NCBI RefSeq assembly: GCF_006345805.1
Contig: NC_043011.1
Coordinates: 44,032,464 to 44,096,463 of the forward strand
From: Octopus sinensis
Taxonomy: Eukaryota
Direction of reading: 5' to 3'
Length of the DNA: 64,000 bases
The notes under the pieces are model-generated. The model was not told the DNA's origin and did no database searches. It saw only the letters and a program-made list of their open reading frames with translations. The position numbers and the translations under genes are program-made. Each line of letters starts with the position of its first letter. Positions within the stretch are counted from its first letter, which is position 1. Shown piece by piece: positions 1 to 12,405 of the stretch.

Positions 1-66
1 ATTCATGACCAGAGAAGGTGCTTACATTAGCCAGAATAATCTAAATGGTAAAGGGTTAATTAAACA

Positions 67-208
67 ACTACTATTACTGCTGCTACTCCTACTACTACTA
101 CTATTACTACTACTACTACTACCACTACTACCACTATTACTATTGTTGCTGCTGCTGCTATGACTACTACTATTACTACTACTACTACAGTTGCTGCTAC
201 TATGACTG

Positions 209-259
<51 letters not shown>

Positions 260-292
260 TTGTTGCTGCTGCTGCTATGACTACTACTACTA
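67..292. repeat. (ACT)n/(GCT)n trinucleotide low-complexity tract
   Basis: Direct reading: actactact... interleaved with gctgctgct; produces the poly-S and poly-V ORFs. Confidence 0.95.
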
Positions 293-920
293 GAGGCCTT
301 AAGTATGAAACAAGAGATGTGCACAAAAGATAATGTCAGTATGTAATCACAAAGTCGCACCTACTTACCTACCTACCTGTCTGTCTGTTTACCCACCTGT
401 CTAATTGTTGTCACTAAACTGTAACATTCCACTAATCAAAGTATTGGTGTTACAAAGATCCATCTACATATCTACCTGTCTTCTTACCTACCTGTCTACT
501 TACCTGTCATTGTTATCACGATGCATTGTTACACTTCTCTAATCAATGTTTAATGAACTTCAATTGACAACTGTCTAATCTATTTTATTGGGTTAACGAG
601 AATCTTTTGTTTCTTCTGCTGTAATTGCTGGTTCTACAACGCCAAACTGTCTGTGTCAGTGTGTGCATATTTAGATTAAAACAGCTCATTAAATTTAGAT
701 GTAATAGCATTTTATTAAATTATGTTCCACACTTCAGTTCCATAACGAGAAGTTAATTATTTTATCTTACTCCTCTTCCTACTCCTCAGAAAAAGGGGAA
801 AAAAATTAATTGCTTAAAAATTATTTGCAATAGGGGTTGATCAAAGCCTTGTGAATGGATCTGGTAAACAAACTGAAAAGAAACCCATTTTGTGTGTGTG
901 TGTGTGTATAATATAAATAA

Positions 921-1109
921 TCATCATCAGCATCATCGTTTAGCGTCCACTTTCCATGCTGGCATGGGTTGGACGGTTCAACTGGGGTCTGGGAAGCCAG
1001 AAGGCTGCACCAGGCCCAGTCCGATCTGGCAATGTTTCTACGGCTGGATGCCCTTCCTAACGCCAACCACTCCATGAGTGTAGTGGGTGCTTTTTACGTG
1101 CCACCGGCA
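921..1109 (-). mobile_element. RTE LINE 3'-terminal fragment (family E)
   Basis: Reverse complement of the terminal ~170 bp of the RTE at 52073-53397, including the CCATGC..GCATGG hairpin and (GAT)n tail. Confidence 0.85.
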
Positions 1110-1949
1110 ATTAAATAATATATAAATATATTCATATATACGTACATATATGTACATACCTACATATATATGTATATATACATGCATTAATGGGTACAGG
1201 ACATTAAAAAAGCGTTGAACACAGTTAGAAACGAACACATACAAACAAAAACATGGGAAACAAACTTTTTTTTAGAACAATGAAAAAGACAAACAGAGAA
1301 ACGAGACATGCAACATAAAGAATATTCCCCTTCATCAGTTGTCCCTGTTTTATCTTCTCCGTGTTTCGAAGGCTAGGACAATACGTGACTTCGTTGAAAC
1401 AGTCCTTCCCGCCAAGCAAATTAAATAAAATTTGGGATTTTTTGCGGAGTGTGAAAGTGGTAACAAGAACAGGACAATGAGAACAAAACAGTAAAAACAA
1501 ACGGTGAGGGCCATTAAGCCAAGACGATAGAAAAATTATTAGGAATGCTAGGAGAATGAGCTTATGAGAGGAGACCGGTATAAGCATGTGTTGTCTTTAG
1601 GAAGGAAATGAACAGAAAGGTAGATTTCCTTTCGTCGTGTGTTAGTGAAGGTGGAAGAGTGAGAGAGAGGGAACGGTGAAGAGGAGAGGAGAAGAATAGG
1701 GAAGGGTGGGAGAGAAAACCAGAAAGGATGAAGAACAAGAGAGGGAGAGAGATAGACTGTGTCTCGGCTTAACAGTCCTCACTGTTTGTTTTTAATGTGT
1801 GTATGTATATCTACGTGTGTTGTGTGTGTGTATATGTATCTCTACATCTATCTATATTTGTGTATGTATGTGTATATACATCTATCTATATGTGTGTATG
1901 TATGTATAGCTATACCTACATCAATCTGTATGTATGTGTGTGTGCGTGT

Positions 1950-2130
1950 ATACCCTTGTCTTGACATCACACGATGGGTGTAAACAAGCATCACTGTCGT
2001 ACAAGCAGTGTTGTTTGTTTCAGTCTTATATGAAAAAGATGCCTGGCCATGCAGAAATATTACCTCTACTTAGAAACAGGTGAAGGTTAACAAGAAGGGC
2101 ATCTGGCTCTTGAAAATCAGCCTCAATAGT
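1950..2130 (+). mobile_element. RTE-tailed SINE body (family F), partial
   Basis: ttgtcttgacatcac...gaaatattacc...aagggcatctggct, as at 9365-9590 and 61285-61505. Confidence 0.6.
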
Positions 2131-2415
2131 CCCAAGTGTAACTGATTTTGATGGATATTTGTTTCATAAAATTGTAGCATTCCGTGTACATAAACATGGC
2201 CCGTTTGGCATCTGATGACAGAATTGTTTGAAAGATAGTGATTTACCAAGTCATAACAGCATAACTGGTATCTAACAGTGTGGAGACAGTTCTTTGTTTT
2301 GTTAAGTCCGAGATCTTGTGTGTTGAGGTCAAAACGATTATCTGTCGGTGATAGGAAACTCCCAAGTTGTTTCCTTGATCGGGATAGTAATTCAATAATT
2401 TGACCTGAGGTCAGG

Positions 2416-2590
2416 TCATCATCATCAACATTTAATGTCTCATTTCCATGCTGACATGGGTCTGATGGTTTGGGAGGCTGCAACAAGTCAGATAACTGCA
2501 TTGTGCTCCAGTGTCTATTTTGGCACGGTTTCTACAGCTGGATGCTGTTCCTAATCTCAACCACATTTTTACTGCAGTGCCAACACTATT
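2416..2590 (-). mobile_element. Degenerate RTE 3' end (family E)
   Basis: catcatcatc...tttccatgctgacatggg...tttctacagctggatg. Confidence 0.75.
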
Positions 2591-3023
2591 TGGCATTAAA
2601 TCAGATGAGGGATTAATGTAATATATTGCAGACCATGTGTTTAGTATAATCTCTAGCATAGAACCTATAGTCAGCCTGCTAGAAATACTAACCGAATCTT
2701 CCTCAAGTTACATCCTACTTTTATAGAAAGAGGAAGGACACATTGGACGATGTAGTTATTGACAGGATGGTTATGGCTGGAATATCTTTGATTATGGATC
2801 TGTTCAAGTGTGGCTGATTTAGAGTTAAACAATAACAACTAGTTAGGCTTTGTTCTAAAACAGGAATTCTCAATCTTTTAGGGGTCACCACCTCGCTATC
2901 ATGGGGAAAATTTTTTAACTGCTCACCTATGCTATGAATATTTAAAAAAAATAGAAAAAGAAGAAAATGGTTAATTCTTGGAAAATAGCGAAAATGTTGA
3001 TGATGATGATTAGCATCACAAGA

Positions 3024-3246
3024 TGGCAGAAACGTTAGCACGCTGGGCAAAATGCTTAGCGGTATTTCATCTGTCTTGACGTTCTGAGTTCAAATTCCGC
3101 CAAGGCCGACTTTGCCTTTCATCCTTTCAGGGTCGATAAATCAAGTACCAGTTAAGCACTGGGGTTGATGTAATCAACTTAATCCCTTTGTCTATCCTTG
3201 TTTGTCCCCTCTATGTTTAGCCCCTTGTGGGCAATAAAGAAATAAG
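3024..3246 (+). mobile_element. tRNA-derived SINE family B
   Basis: tggcagaaacgttagc...gagttcaaattcc (B box)...gactttgcctttcatcctttcagggtcgataa...gggcaataaagaaataag. Confidence 0.85.
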
Positions 3247-3428
3247 ATTCTTTAATGAAAGCACTGTAAAGTACATAACACTCCATGTTTGGTACACAGG
3301 TGCTATTTTCTGATACCTGTGCAACCCTTTTGACTGTTATACTAATGTAGTCACAATAGATTTAAAATTAGTCACCTTTAATTGCAAATCTTTTCACTTG
3401 TTTTTACCCAAACTACTGCTTTGTACAG

Positions 3429-3485
3429 ATGGCAAGGTATTGGACATGGCTAGAACCAGTCTCTACCAAGTTGGATGTTGAGAAA
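3429..3485 (+). CDS. Weak candidate coding exon (MARYWTWLEPVSTKLDVEK), phase 0-0
   Basis: Pyrimidine-rich acceptor ...ctgctttgtacag, 57-nt open frame, donor AAA|gtaaat; no homology recognised. Confidence 0.25.
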
Positions 3486-3996
3486 GTAAATGGAATTAAC
3501 TTGTGATTCTATATATTTTAAAGTAAGAATTCATTAAACTTTGGTAACAGCACAAATCTGGTTAGCCTTGGAACTGATATCACATTGTGATACCACAGTA
3601 ATTATTAATTATAATCAACATCACATCGACTACTTGGACTTGAAACAGGTTGCTACACCACACTGAAACAGACAATGCAATGATTATCTTGGAATCACTC
3701 TACCATGTCGTCATGCAATGAATTCAGATAGTCATATGTAATTATATCTTCATCAACTAATTCATCTCTGAGTTTTCCAATTATTGAATTTCATTGAGTT
3801 GGCATCTGGAAATGGTCATCGTATATAGCACCAATATAGAAATGAACGCAGTGATGAATGATTTACAGTCACAAGAATTGTTTTGCTCTCCTTGGTCCTT
3901 AAGTTACAAGAAATATGATAAAGATTTGTTCTCTGGTCATTATGATTAGAATGTAAATAATATTAAGTATGGATGTCTTATAGCTTCGTTGTTTAA

Positions 3997-4118
3997 CCCT
4001 TTGCCTGTTCTGTGTGTCACAGAAAGTTTTATATTTCTCAGAGAATATGAAACAAGGGTTAACTAAAAGCATGAACATTTAAGACAAACTTGTGAAAATA
4101 CTTTGGACAGGCAAAGGG
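3997..4118. mobile_element. piggyBac-like MITE
   Basis: TTAA|CCCTTTGCCTGT ... ACAGGCAAAGGG|TTAA: perfect 12-bp TIR with TTAA TSD. Confidence 0.85.
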
Positions 4119-4285
4119 TTAATTCTTTGTTTGTTGCATTTCAGGAGAAATTGAGTGTCTCTGTAATGTCCTCTTTTTTAATACCCTTGTGGCAAATAAT
4201 AAACAATAATAACAGTTGAGAGTTGGCAACAGGAAATGCATCCAGCTGTAAAAAACCTGCAACACAAATAGTGCTGCACATATGT

Positions 4286-4643
4286 ATTCTTTTACTTGTT
4301 TCAGTCATTTGTCTGCAGCCATGCTGGAGCACCGCCTTTAGTTGAACAAATCGACCCCAGGACTAATTCTTTGTTAACCTAGTACTCATTCTATTGGTCT
4401 CTTTTGCTGAACCACTAAGTTACGGGGACATAAACACCAATATTGGTTGTCAAGCGATGTTGGGGGGACAAACACACACACACACACATACGATGGGCTT
4501 CTTTCAGTTTCTGTCTACCAAATCCGCTCACAAGGCTTTGGTCGGCCCGAGGCTATAGTAGAGGACACTTGCCCAAGGTTCCACGCAGTGGCACTGAGCC
4601 CGGAATCATGTGGTTGGTAAGCAAGCTACTTACCACACAGTCA
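4286..4643 (-). mobile_element. tRNA-derived SINE family A
   Basis: Reverse complement of GGCTGTGTGGTAAG head, CCTTGGGCAAGTGTC domain, central CA/TA tract and ACAAGTAAAAGA tail. Confidence 0.9.
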
Positions 4644-4677
4644 CTTCTATGCCTATTTTTCTAAAAAAATAACAGCA

Positions 4678-4872
4678 GTGCTGGTGCCACATAAAAAACA
4701 CTCAGTCCATGCTATAAGGTGGTTGGTTTAGAAAGGGCATCCAGTTGTAAAAACCATGCCAAAGCAGACAAAGGCATGGTACAGTCTTCTGCCTAGCCAG
4801 TCCCTGTCAAACTGTTTGACCCATGCCAGAATGGAAAATGGATGTTAATTGATGATGATGATGATGATGATG
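4678..4872 (+). mobile_element. Degenerate RTE 3' end (family E)
   Basis: agggcatccagttgtaaaa...catgccagaatggaaaatggatgttaa(tga)n. Confidence 0.75.
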
Positions 4873-4895
4873 AAATTATTGATGTTGTTGTTTAA

Positions 4896-5109
4896 CCCTT
4901 TGCTTGTCTTGTGTATCACATGTGACATACAGGACGTGTCCATGTTTCACATATGATACACATTCCCAATTATTTTCACCCACCAGGGTAACTTGGGACT
5001 TAAAGTTTTATGTTACTCAAAACATATGAAACAGGGTTTAACAAAAAGTCTGAAAACAAGCATGGACATTTGGGACAAACTTATGGAAATGCTTTGAACA
5101 GGCAAAGTG
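4896..5109. mobile_element. piggyBac-like MITE, longer relative of 3997-4118
   Basis: TTAA|CCCTTTGCTTGT ... ACAGGCAAAGTG|TTAA; shares internal sequence with 3997-4118. Confidence 0.8.
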
Positions 5110-5148
5110 TTAAGTTACAAGAAATATGATTAAGATTTGTCCTCCTGA

Positions 5149-5578
5149 TCATCATCATCATCATTTAACGTCCGCTTTCCATGCCAGCATGGGTTGGACG
5201 ATTTGACTGACGACTGGTGAACCAGATGGCTGCACCAGGCTCCAATCTGATCTGGCAGAGTTTCTACAGCTGGATGCCCTTCCTAACGCTAACTACTCCG
5301 AGAGTGTAGTGGGTGCTTTTACGTGCCACCGGCATGAGGGCTAGTCAGGCGGTACTGGCAACGGCCATGCTCAAATGGTGTTTTTTACGTGTCACCTGCA
5401 CGGGAGCTTGTCCAGCGGAACTGGCAACGAGCTCACTCGAATGTCTTTTCACGTTCCACCAGCACAAGTACCAGTAAGGCGACGCTGGTAACAATCAAGC
5501 TCAAATGGTGCCTTTTATATGCCACCGGCACAGAAGCCAGTTAGCTGCTCTTGCAGTGATCACGCTCAGATGGTGCTC
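5149..5578 (-). mobile_element. RTE 3' UTR fragment (family E, long)
   Basis: Terminal 170 bp plus upstream ttttacgtgccacc subrepeats, matching 53050-53397. Confidence 0.9.
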
Positions 5579-5782
5579 AATATGATTAAAATGTAAACAA
5601 CATTACTAAGTATGGAGGTTGTATGGGTTTGTTGTTTAAAGTTTGGCTGAATACAAGAAGATGCTGAATTGACAATGCAGAGAAGAAATACAAAAACTAC
5701 AAGAGAGACAATCAATACTGTTTTGGCAACAAATTGTCTTTTCTAGAAGTAATGGAATATTTAAAAATCATTCAACAATTAC

Positions 5783-6090
5783 TCTTTTACTCTTTTATTT
5801 GTTTCAGTCATTTGACTGTGGCCATGCTGGAGCACCACCTTTATAGAAAACTAGACTACAATTTTTTTGATATTTTACTCTTTTACTCTTTTACTTGTTT
5901 CAGTCATTTGACTGTGGCCATGCTGGAGCACCACCTTTAGTCGAGCAAATCGACCCCAGGACTTATTCTTTGTAAGCCTCGTACTTATTCTATCGGGCTC
6001 TTTTGCCAAACCGCTAAGTGACGGGGACGTAAACACACCGACATCAGTTGTCAAGCGATGTAGGGGGGACAAACACAGACACACAAACAT

Positions 6091-6121
<31 letters not shown>

Positions 6122-6268
6122 CACACACATACATATGCGATGGGCTTCTTTCAGTTTCCGTCTACCAGATCTGCTATAGTAGAAGACACTTGCCCAAGGT
6201 GCCACGCAGTGGGACTGAACCCGGAACCATGTGGTTCGTAAGCAAGCTACTTACCACACAGCCACTCC
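5783..6268 (-). mobile_element. SINE A with a duplicated 3' end
   Basis: Full copy at 5877-6268 plus a second copy of its terminal ~60 bp at 5783-5843. Confidence 0.9.
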
Positions 6269-6407
6269 TATACCCTTAATAAGAATTGTCTGCACAGATC
6301 TATGCCCATTTGAAATATATCATTAATTAAAGGTATGAGAGATTTGGTTACATATATGTGTGCCATGTACCCACCCGCAGAGAGTATAGAAGAAAATATA
6401 AGTACAT

Positions 6408-6645
6408 TATCATCATCGTTGTCATCATTTTAACATATTCTTTTCTATGCTTGCATGGTTGGATGACATTTACTGAGGCAGATTTTTCTATGGTTGGATA
6501 CCCTTCCTGTTGCTCACCTGTTTCGAAGCAAGGTAATATTTACTGATGCCTAGACAGGTTTCAGATTATTGGAATGAACAACACTGCCTGTATGACAGTG
6601 ACACTCATTTACTACTGCCACATGATGTCAGGTCAAGAAGAAACA
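6408..6645 (-). mobile_element. SINE family F, degenerate
   Basis: catcatcgttgtcatcattttaac...aaggtaatattt...atgacagtgacactcatttac. Confidence 0.65.
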
Positions 6646-6825
6646 AACATTCACTCATTCACACACACATACATTTACATACAGTGGGTTTCTTTCAGTT
6701 TTCTCCTGCCAAATCCACTCACAAGGATGCAACTCAAGGGGACTGAACCTAGGACCATGAGGTTAGGAAGCAAGCTTCTTACCACAGAGCCATGCCTACA
6801 CTTTATACATACATATTGTATATAT

Positions 6826-6938
6826 CACATGGTTCCGGGTTCAGTCCCACTGCATGGCACCTTGGGCAAGTGTCTACTATAGCCTCAGGCCGACCAAAGC
6901 CTTGTGAGTGGGTTCGGTAGACGGAAACTGAAAGAAGT

Positions 6939-6988
<50 letters not shown>

Positions 6989-7195
6989 AATGTTTGTGTG
7001 TGTGTGTGTTTGTTCCCCCAACATCGCTTGACAACCGATGCTGGTGTGTTTACGTCCCCGTCACTTAGCAGTTCGGCAAAAGAAACCGATGGAATAAGTA
7101 CTAGGCTTACAAAGAATAAGTCCTGGCATTGATTTGCTCAACTAGAGGCCGTGCTCCAGCATGGTCACAGTCAAATGACTGAAACAAATAAAAGA
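6826..7195 (+). mobile_element. SINE A, 5'-truncated, with central (TA)n(TG)n
   Basis: catggttccgggttcagtcccactg...gaaacaaataaaagaa. Confidence 0.9.
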
Positions 7196-7419
7196 ATATC
7201 ATGTCTATATACCTACACAAACATTTATACATTTCTCTAAGTACCTATATGATATGTGATATCACGGGGCTATTTGGTAAATGTGCAAAAGAAAATGTTT
7301 CTGTTGATTTGTATTATGTTGTCAATTAGTTAAACATCAATACTCAAAATTCTACATCACCTGCCAAAATTCTGAAACATTTTCTGCACATACGAGCATC
7401 ACTCAATAAAGAATTATAA

Positions 7420-7621
7420 TCGTTAACCAGTGGTTGATATCATTTTCATTTCCAATATTCTGCAAAAACATGTCTTGGCATGTGGGAAATGTTATTTTGC
7501 TGGGAAACCCGTAAAGGCTGGTGGCAGGAAAAGCATCTGACAGTTGAAAATCCACTTCAGCAAATTCCATCTGAGTCACATGCAAGCATGGAAAAGTGGA
7601 CATTAACAGTTGATGATAATG
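7420..7621 (+). mobile_element. SINE family F, degenerate
   Basis: catgtcttggcatgtgggaaatg...catgcaagcatggaaaagtggacattaa. Confidence 0.65.
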
Positions 7622-7736
7622 GTATGTCATAACTTTAAGATCTATGGTAGAGAAACTATAAACTACAGGATGTCATAACTTTGAGATCTGTGGTAGAGAA
7701 ACTATAAATTACAGGATGTCATAACTTTGAGATCTG
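7622..7736. repeat. 46-bp tandem repeat, ~2.5 units
   Basis: gatgtcataactttgagatctgtggtagagaaactataaattacag repeated. Confidence 0.9.
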
Positions 7737-7753
7737 CAATAGATGTAGAAATG

Positions 7754-7940
7754 GGTGCTGAAAAGTTCCTGGCTTTAAGGGTGTTGCAAAAGGCCTGGTT
7801 GGAGGCTCACCCTTCCAAGTTCTTTTACAGGGCTTAGAAAAACTGAAGGACCACTGTAGTAAGTGTGTGCGTCTGAGAGGGGAATATGTTGGATAAAATC
7901 ATAATTAATTGATCCTCCTGTATTCTCTTTTACCCCATGT
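7754..7940 (+). mobile_element. mariner-derived MITE fragment
   Basis: TIR-like gggtgctgaaaagttcctggc (also at 55114-55150); encodes a mariner C-terminus-like GLEKL..HCSKCVRLRGEYV; right TIR truncated. Confidence 0.6.
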
Positions 7941-8605
7941 ATATTAACCCCACGTATATTACACAATGTCATGGAAAAGTGGACATAAAAATAATGATGA
8001 TGATGTATACCAGTAATATACTTCGCTTGGTTCTATTACTTCTGCATCCACCCCTTTTAAAAGTTAGTCACGCCACTCTCCTTATCCTTCCACTTGTGGC
8101 TTGGTTATAAAGAAATCAATAGTTAAGAGATTCAGTTTTTTCTATTTTTATTATTATTATTGTTATTATTTTCTTTGCATCTTTTTTTTTTCCTTTTTTT
8201 CTTCTTCTTCTTCTTCCCAGCCAACTTCATTCCTTCATCAATATTTCTTGTTTTAGCAATTTCGGTCAGCGCTATTTCTGTCATTTAGTGGTGTTGTTAG
8301 CTCATTGATTTCTTTGCTGTGTATGTTCCTCATTGTTGTCTGTTGAAATGCTCTCTCTCTCTGTCTCTGTCTCTCTTTCACTGTGTTTATCTATCTATCT
8401 CTTCCTCCCACACACACACGCCCAGCTGAAAATCTCATTATTATTTTGATGAAAATTTGAAAGAAGAATATATATATATATATATAAAAAACCCACAATT
8501 CAAGACTTTATGCATTGCAAATTTCCTCTGATTTGGATTGACTTAAATTCTTTTATTTCCATGTCTGTGTTTTATTTTCATCTTTGATCTTTGTCTTGGC
8601 CACAG

Positions 8606-8663
8606 CTTGGCTTCTGGGACAGCCGAAGCAGAAATGGAACCACTTCTTCAATCTTTTATTGAA
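8606..8663 (+). CDS. Candidate alternative first coding exon of myosin V (LASGTAEAE-MEPLLQSFIE)
   Basis: Long polypyrimidine tract and cacag acceptor, GAA|gtatgt donor in phase 0, ATG in AAATGG context. Confidence 0.4.
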
Positions 8664-8804
8664 GTATGTTATAAGAATAGACAGTTGACTTTATCTTAAT
8701 AGTTCCCATGTTTTTATTTGTGTTTAAATCTTTTGATCCTAGACAAGGAAAAAGAATCAAAACTACATTTTACAGGATGTTGTGACTTATCATGTGTGGG
8801 CAAG

Positions 8805-9590
8805 AAGCTTGCTTCGCAGTTGTATTGTCCTTGGTTCAGTCCCACTGTGTGGCATCTTAGACTAGTGTCTTCTGCTCTAGGCTCTGGTTAACCCAAGCCT
8901 TGTGAGTGGATTTGGTAGACAGAAACTGGAAGAAACCTAAAGGCGGCGAGCTGGCAGAAATGTTAGCACGCTGGGCGAAAAGCTTAGCGGTATTTCGTCT
9001 GCTGTTATGTTCTGAGTTCAAATTCTGCCGAGGTCGACTTTGATTAAATAAGTACCAGTTACGCACTGGGGTCGATATAATCAACTTAATCTGTTTGTCT
9101 GTCCTTGTTTGTCTTCTCTGTGTTTAGCCCCTTGTGGGTTGTAAAGAAATAGGTATTTCGTCTGCTGCTACGTTCTGAGTTCAAATTTCACAAAGGTCGA
9201 CTTAGCCTTTCATCTTTTCAGGGTCGATTGAATAAGTACCAGTTATGCACTGGGGTCGATGTAATCAACTTAATCCCTTTGTCCTTGTTTGTCCCCTCTA
9301 TATTTAGCCCCTTGTGGGCAATAAAAAAATAAGAAATAAGAAACTGGAAGAAGCCTATTGTGTGTGTGAGTGTGTCAAGACATCATGTGGTAGTTGTAAA
9401 TGATTGTTGCTGACATAGAAGCAGTGTCATTCATTGACAATATTCAGCAAAAACGTGTCTGGACATGGGGAAATATTACCTTACTTGGGAACAAGGTGAT
9501 GGCTGACAACAGGAAAGGAATTCAGCTGTGGTTGGTTTGCTTCAATAAACTCCATCTTACGCATGCAAGCATGGAAAAGTGGACATGAAA
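8805..9590 (+). mobile_element. Chimeric SINE: family A head and domain + TG tract + family F body and RTE tail, interrupted by SINE B
   Basis: A head at 8805-8939; resumes at 9339 and continues into the F body ending catgcaagcatggaaaagtggac. Confidence 0.75.
8941..9338 (+). mobile_element. SINE B, tandem 1.8-mer
   Basis: Full monomer followed by a second monomer starting at ggtatttcgtctg; flanked by 19-bp direct repeat agaaactggaagaa(a/g)ccta. Confidence 0.9.
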
Positions 9591-10020
9591 ACAATGACGG
9601 TGGCAACGGTAAATGTATGTATACTAAATACAGCGTTCATTGAGTAAATAGATAATTCCATTTATAGAATATTTATTTTCTTTAGAATTTTTAGAAATTT
9701 CTCATCTCATGGAGTATTGAAATCTCAAGCCTTCGGGCATTCTACATTGATGTTGCTGAAGTGAAACTCCAATGAATGGGAGAAATAAACAAAGACTATT
9801 GACTTTAACAACACTCTGTAATTATAGAATTGTAAACATAGCAAGTGGTCAATAATTAAGTCTAAGTGTGTGTGGATGTAGACGTATGTGCATATATGTG
9901 TGTATGTATGTATGTGTGTGTGTTTCTGTTAATGAATGTGTATGTGGGTGGATGTATGTACATATGTGTTTATGTCTTTATGTGTCTGTCTGTTAATGCA
10001 TGTGTATGTTTGTGTATGTG

Positions 10021-10024
<4 letters not shown>

Positions 10025-10095
<71 letters not shown>

Positions 10096-10155
10096 CTGTT
10101 TGTCTGTGAGAGTGTTTCTGTGTGAATGTATGTATATTTCTGTATGTGTGTATAT

Positions 10156-10206
<51 letters not shown>
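10025..10206. repeat. (TA)n microsatellite
   Basis: Direct reading. Confidence 0.95.
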
Positions 10207-10207
<1 letters not shown>

Positions 10208-10459
10208 TGACGTATATTTGCCATTTGAATATGGCTAACCCCTAAGGGTGGATGCTACTGTAGTTTGTAGCCCCAGGAGGACACCTCCTCCAGCTGGCTA
10301 TAGACACACTTTCTGTGCCCTATCAGTATTTGCAAAGGGAAGCCATCCTTCCCGTCTTCAACTTATGATACACACGGACTCGAGTTTCAGGGTATTGACC
10401 CGTCATCGCCGTGTGACAATCATAGTTGTCGATATATATGTGTATATATATATATATGT

Positions 10460-10795
10460 GTGAAGGTGCATGGCTCAGTGGTTAGAGCGTTGAGTTTATG
10501 ATCGTGAGTGTGTGAGTTCAATTCGTGGACCGTGCTGTGTGTTGTGTTCTTGAGCAAGACACTTTATTTCACGTTGCTCCAGTTCACTCAGCTTCAGAAA
10601 TGAGTTGCGACGTCACAGGTTCCAATCTGTATTGGCCTTTGCTGTTACCTTGGATGACATCAGTGGTGTGGAGAGGGGAAGCTTGTATGCATGGGCGACT
10701 ACTGGTCTTCCACAAACAATCTTGCCCTGACTTGTACCTCGGAGGGTAACTTTCCAGGTGCAATCCCATGGTCATTCATGACCGAAGGGGGTCTT
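10460..10795 (+). mobile_element. tRNA-derived SINE family D
   Basis: A box TGGCTCAGTGG, B box GAGTTCAATTC, ttgagcaagacactttatttcacgttgctccag domain, tail cattcatgaccgaagggggtctt. Confidence 0.85.
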
Positions 10796-10816
10796 ATATA
10801 TATATGTATGTATGTA

Positions 10817-10859
<43 letters not shown>

Positions 10860-10893
10860 TATATATATAAATATAAGATTATATAATATATAT

Positions 10894-10924
<31 letters not shown>

Positions 10925-11020
10925 TATATATATATATATTATTTATATATATATATATATTATATATATATATATAATATAGAATATATATATATATATA
11001 TATAGATATATATAATATAG

Positions 11021-11059
<39 letters not shown>

Positions 11060-11083
11060 TATTATGTATATATATATATATAT

Positions 11084-11115
<32 letters not shown>

Positions 11116-11137
11116 ATATATAATATATATATATATA

Positions 11138-11177
<40 letters not shown>

Positions 11178-11234
11178 CTATTATGTATATTATATTATAT
11201 ATATATATATATATTATATATATATATATGTATA

Positions 11235-11280
<46 letters not shown>

Positions 11281-11696
11281 GAATGTATATATATATATAT
11301 ATTAGATATATATATATAGATATATATATAATATATTATTATATATGTATATATATATAAATATATATGTATATATATATTATATGTATATATATATAAT
11401 ATATATATGTATATATATATATGTATATATATATTATATATTAATAATATATTATATATAGTATATATATATAATATTATATATATATAGATTATATATA
11501 TATTATATATATGTATATATATATATATATAATATATATATATATATGATATATAGATATATATATATATATATAGATATATGTATATATATATATTAAT
11601 ATATGTATATATATAGGTATAGTAGTATATATGTATATATATATGTAGATATATTATAATATATATATATATTGTAATATATATATAGTATATATG

Positions 11697-11747
<51 letters not shown>

Positions 11748-12050
11748 TAATATAGTATAATATATATAATAATATATATATATATATGTATAATATATAA
11801 ATATATATATTATATAGATATGTGATATATATATATATATATTATATATATATATATATATAATATATATATATTATATATATATATATTATATATATAT
11901 ATATATATATATTATATAATAGTAATATAATAATATATATATATATATATATAGATATTATATATATATATATAATTATATATATATTATTATATATATA
12001 TCTATATATATTATATAATATATATATACTATATATATATATATATATAT

Positions 12051-12137
<87 letters not shown>

Positions 12138-12167
12138 ATATATATATTGTATATATATATAAATATG

Positions 12168-12203
<36 letters not shown>

Positions 12204-12302
12204 AATATATATATATACTATATATATATAATGTATATATATATAAAATATATGTATATTATATATATATATATATGATATAATATATATAATAATATAT
12301 AT

Positions 12303-12341
<39 letters not shown>

Positions 12342-12367
12342 GATATAATATATATATATATATATGG

Positions 12368-12403
<36 letters not shown>

Positions 12404-12405
12404 GT

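Noticed and set aside
1190-1790. CpG-retaining segment with CTGATGA on the minus strand (~1330) and a 120-aa ORF
   Set aside because: No GAAA follows the weak stem, so it is not a hammerhead. The ORF has no recognisable motif; probably an unclassified repeat.
8221-8290. Minus-strand MTEIALTEIAKTRNIDEGMKL, and a plus-strand acceptor ttcccag
   Set aside because: The minus frame has no donor and runs into a GAA/A tract; the plus-strand donor is weak and shows no homology.
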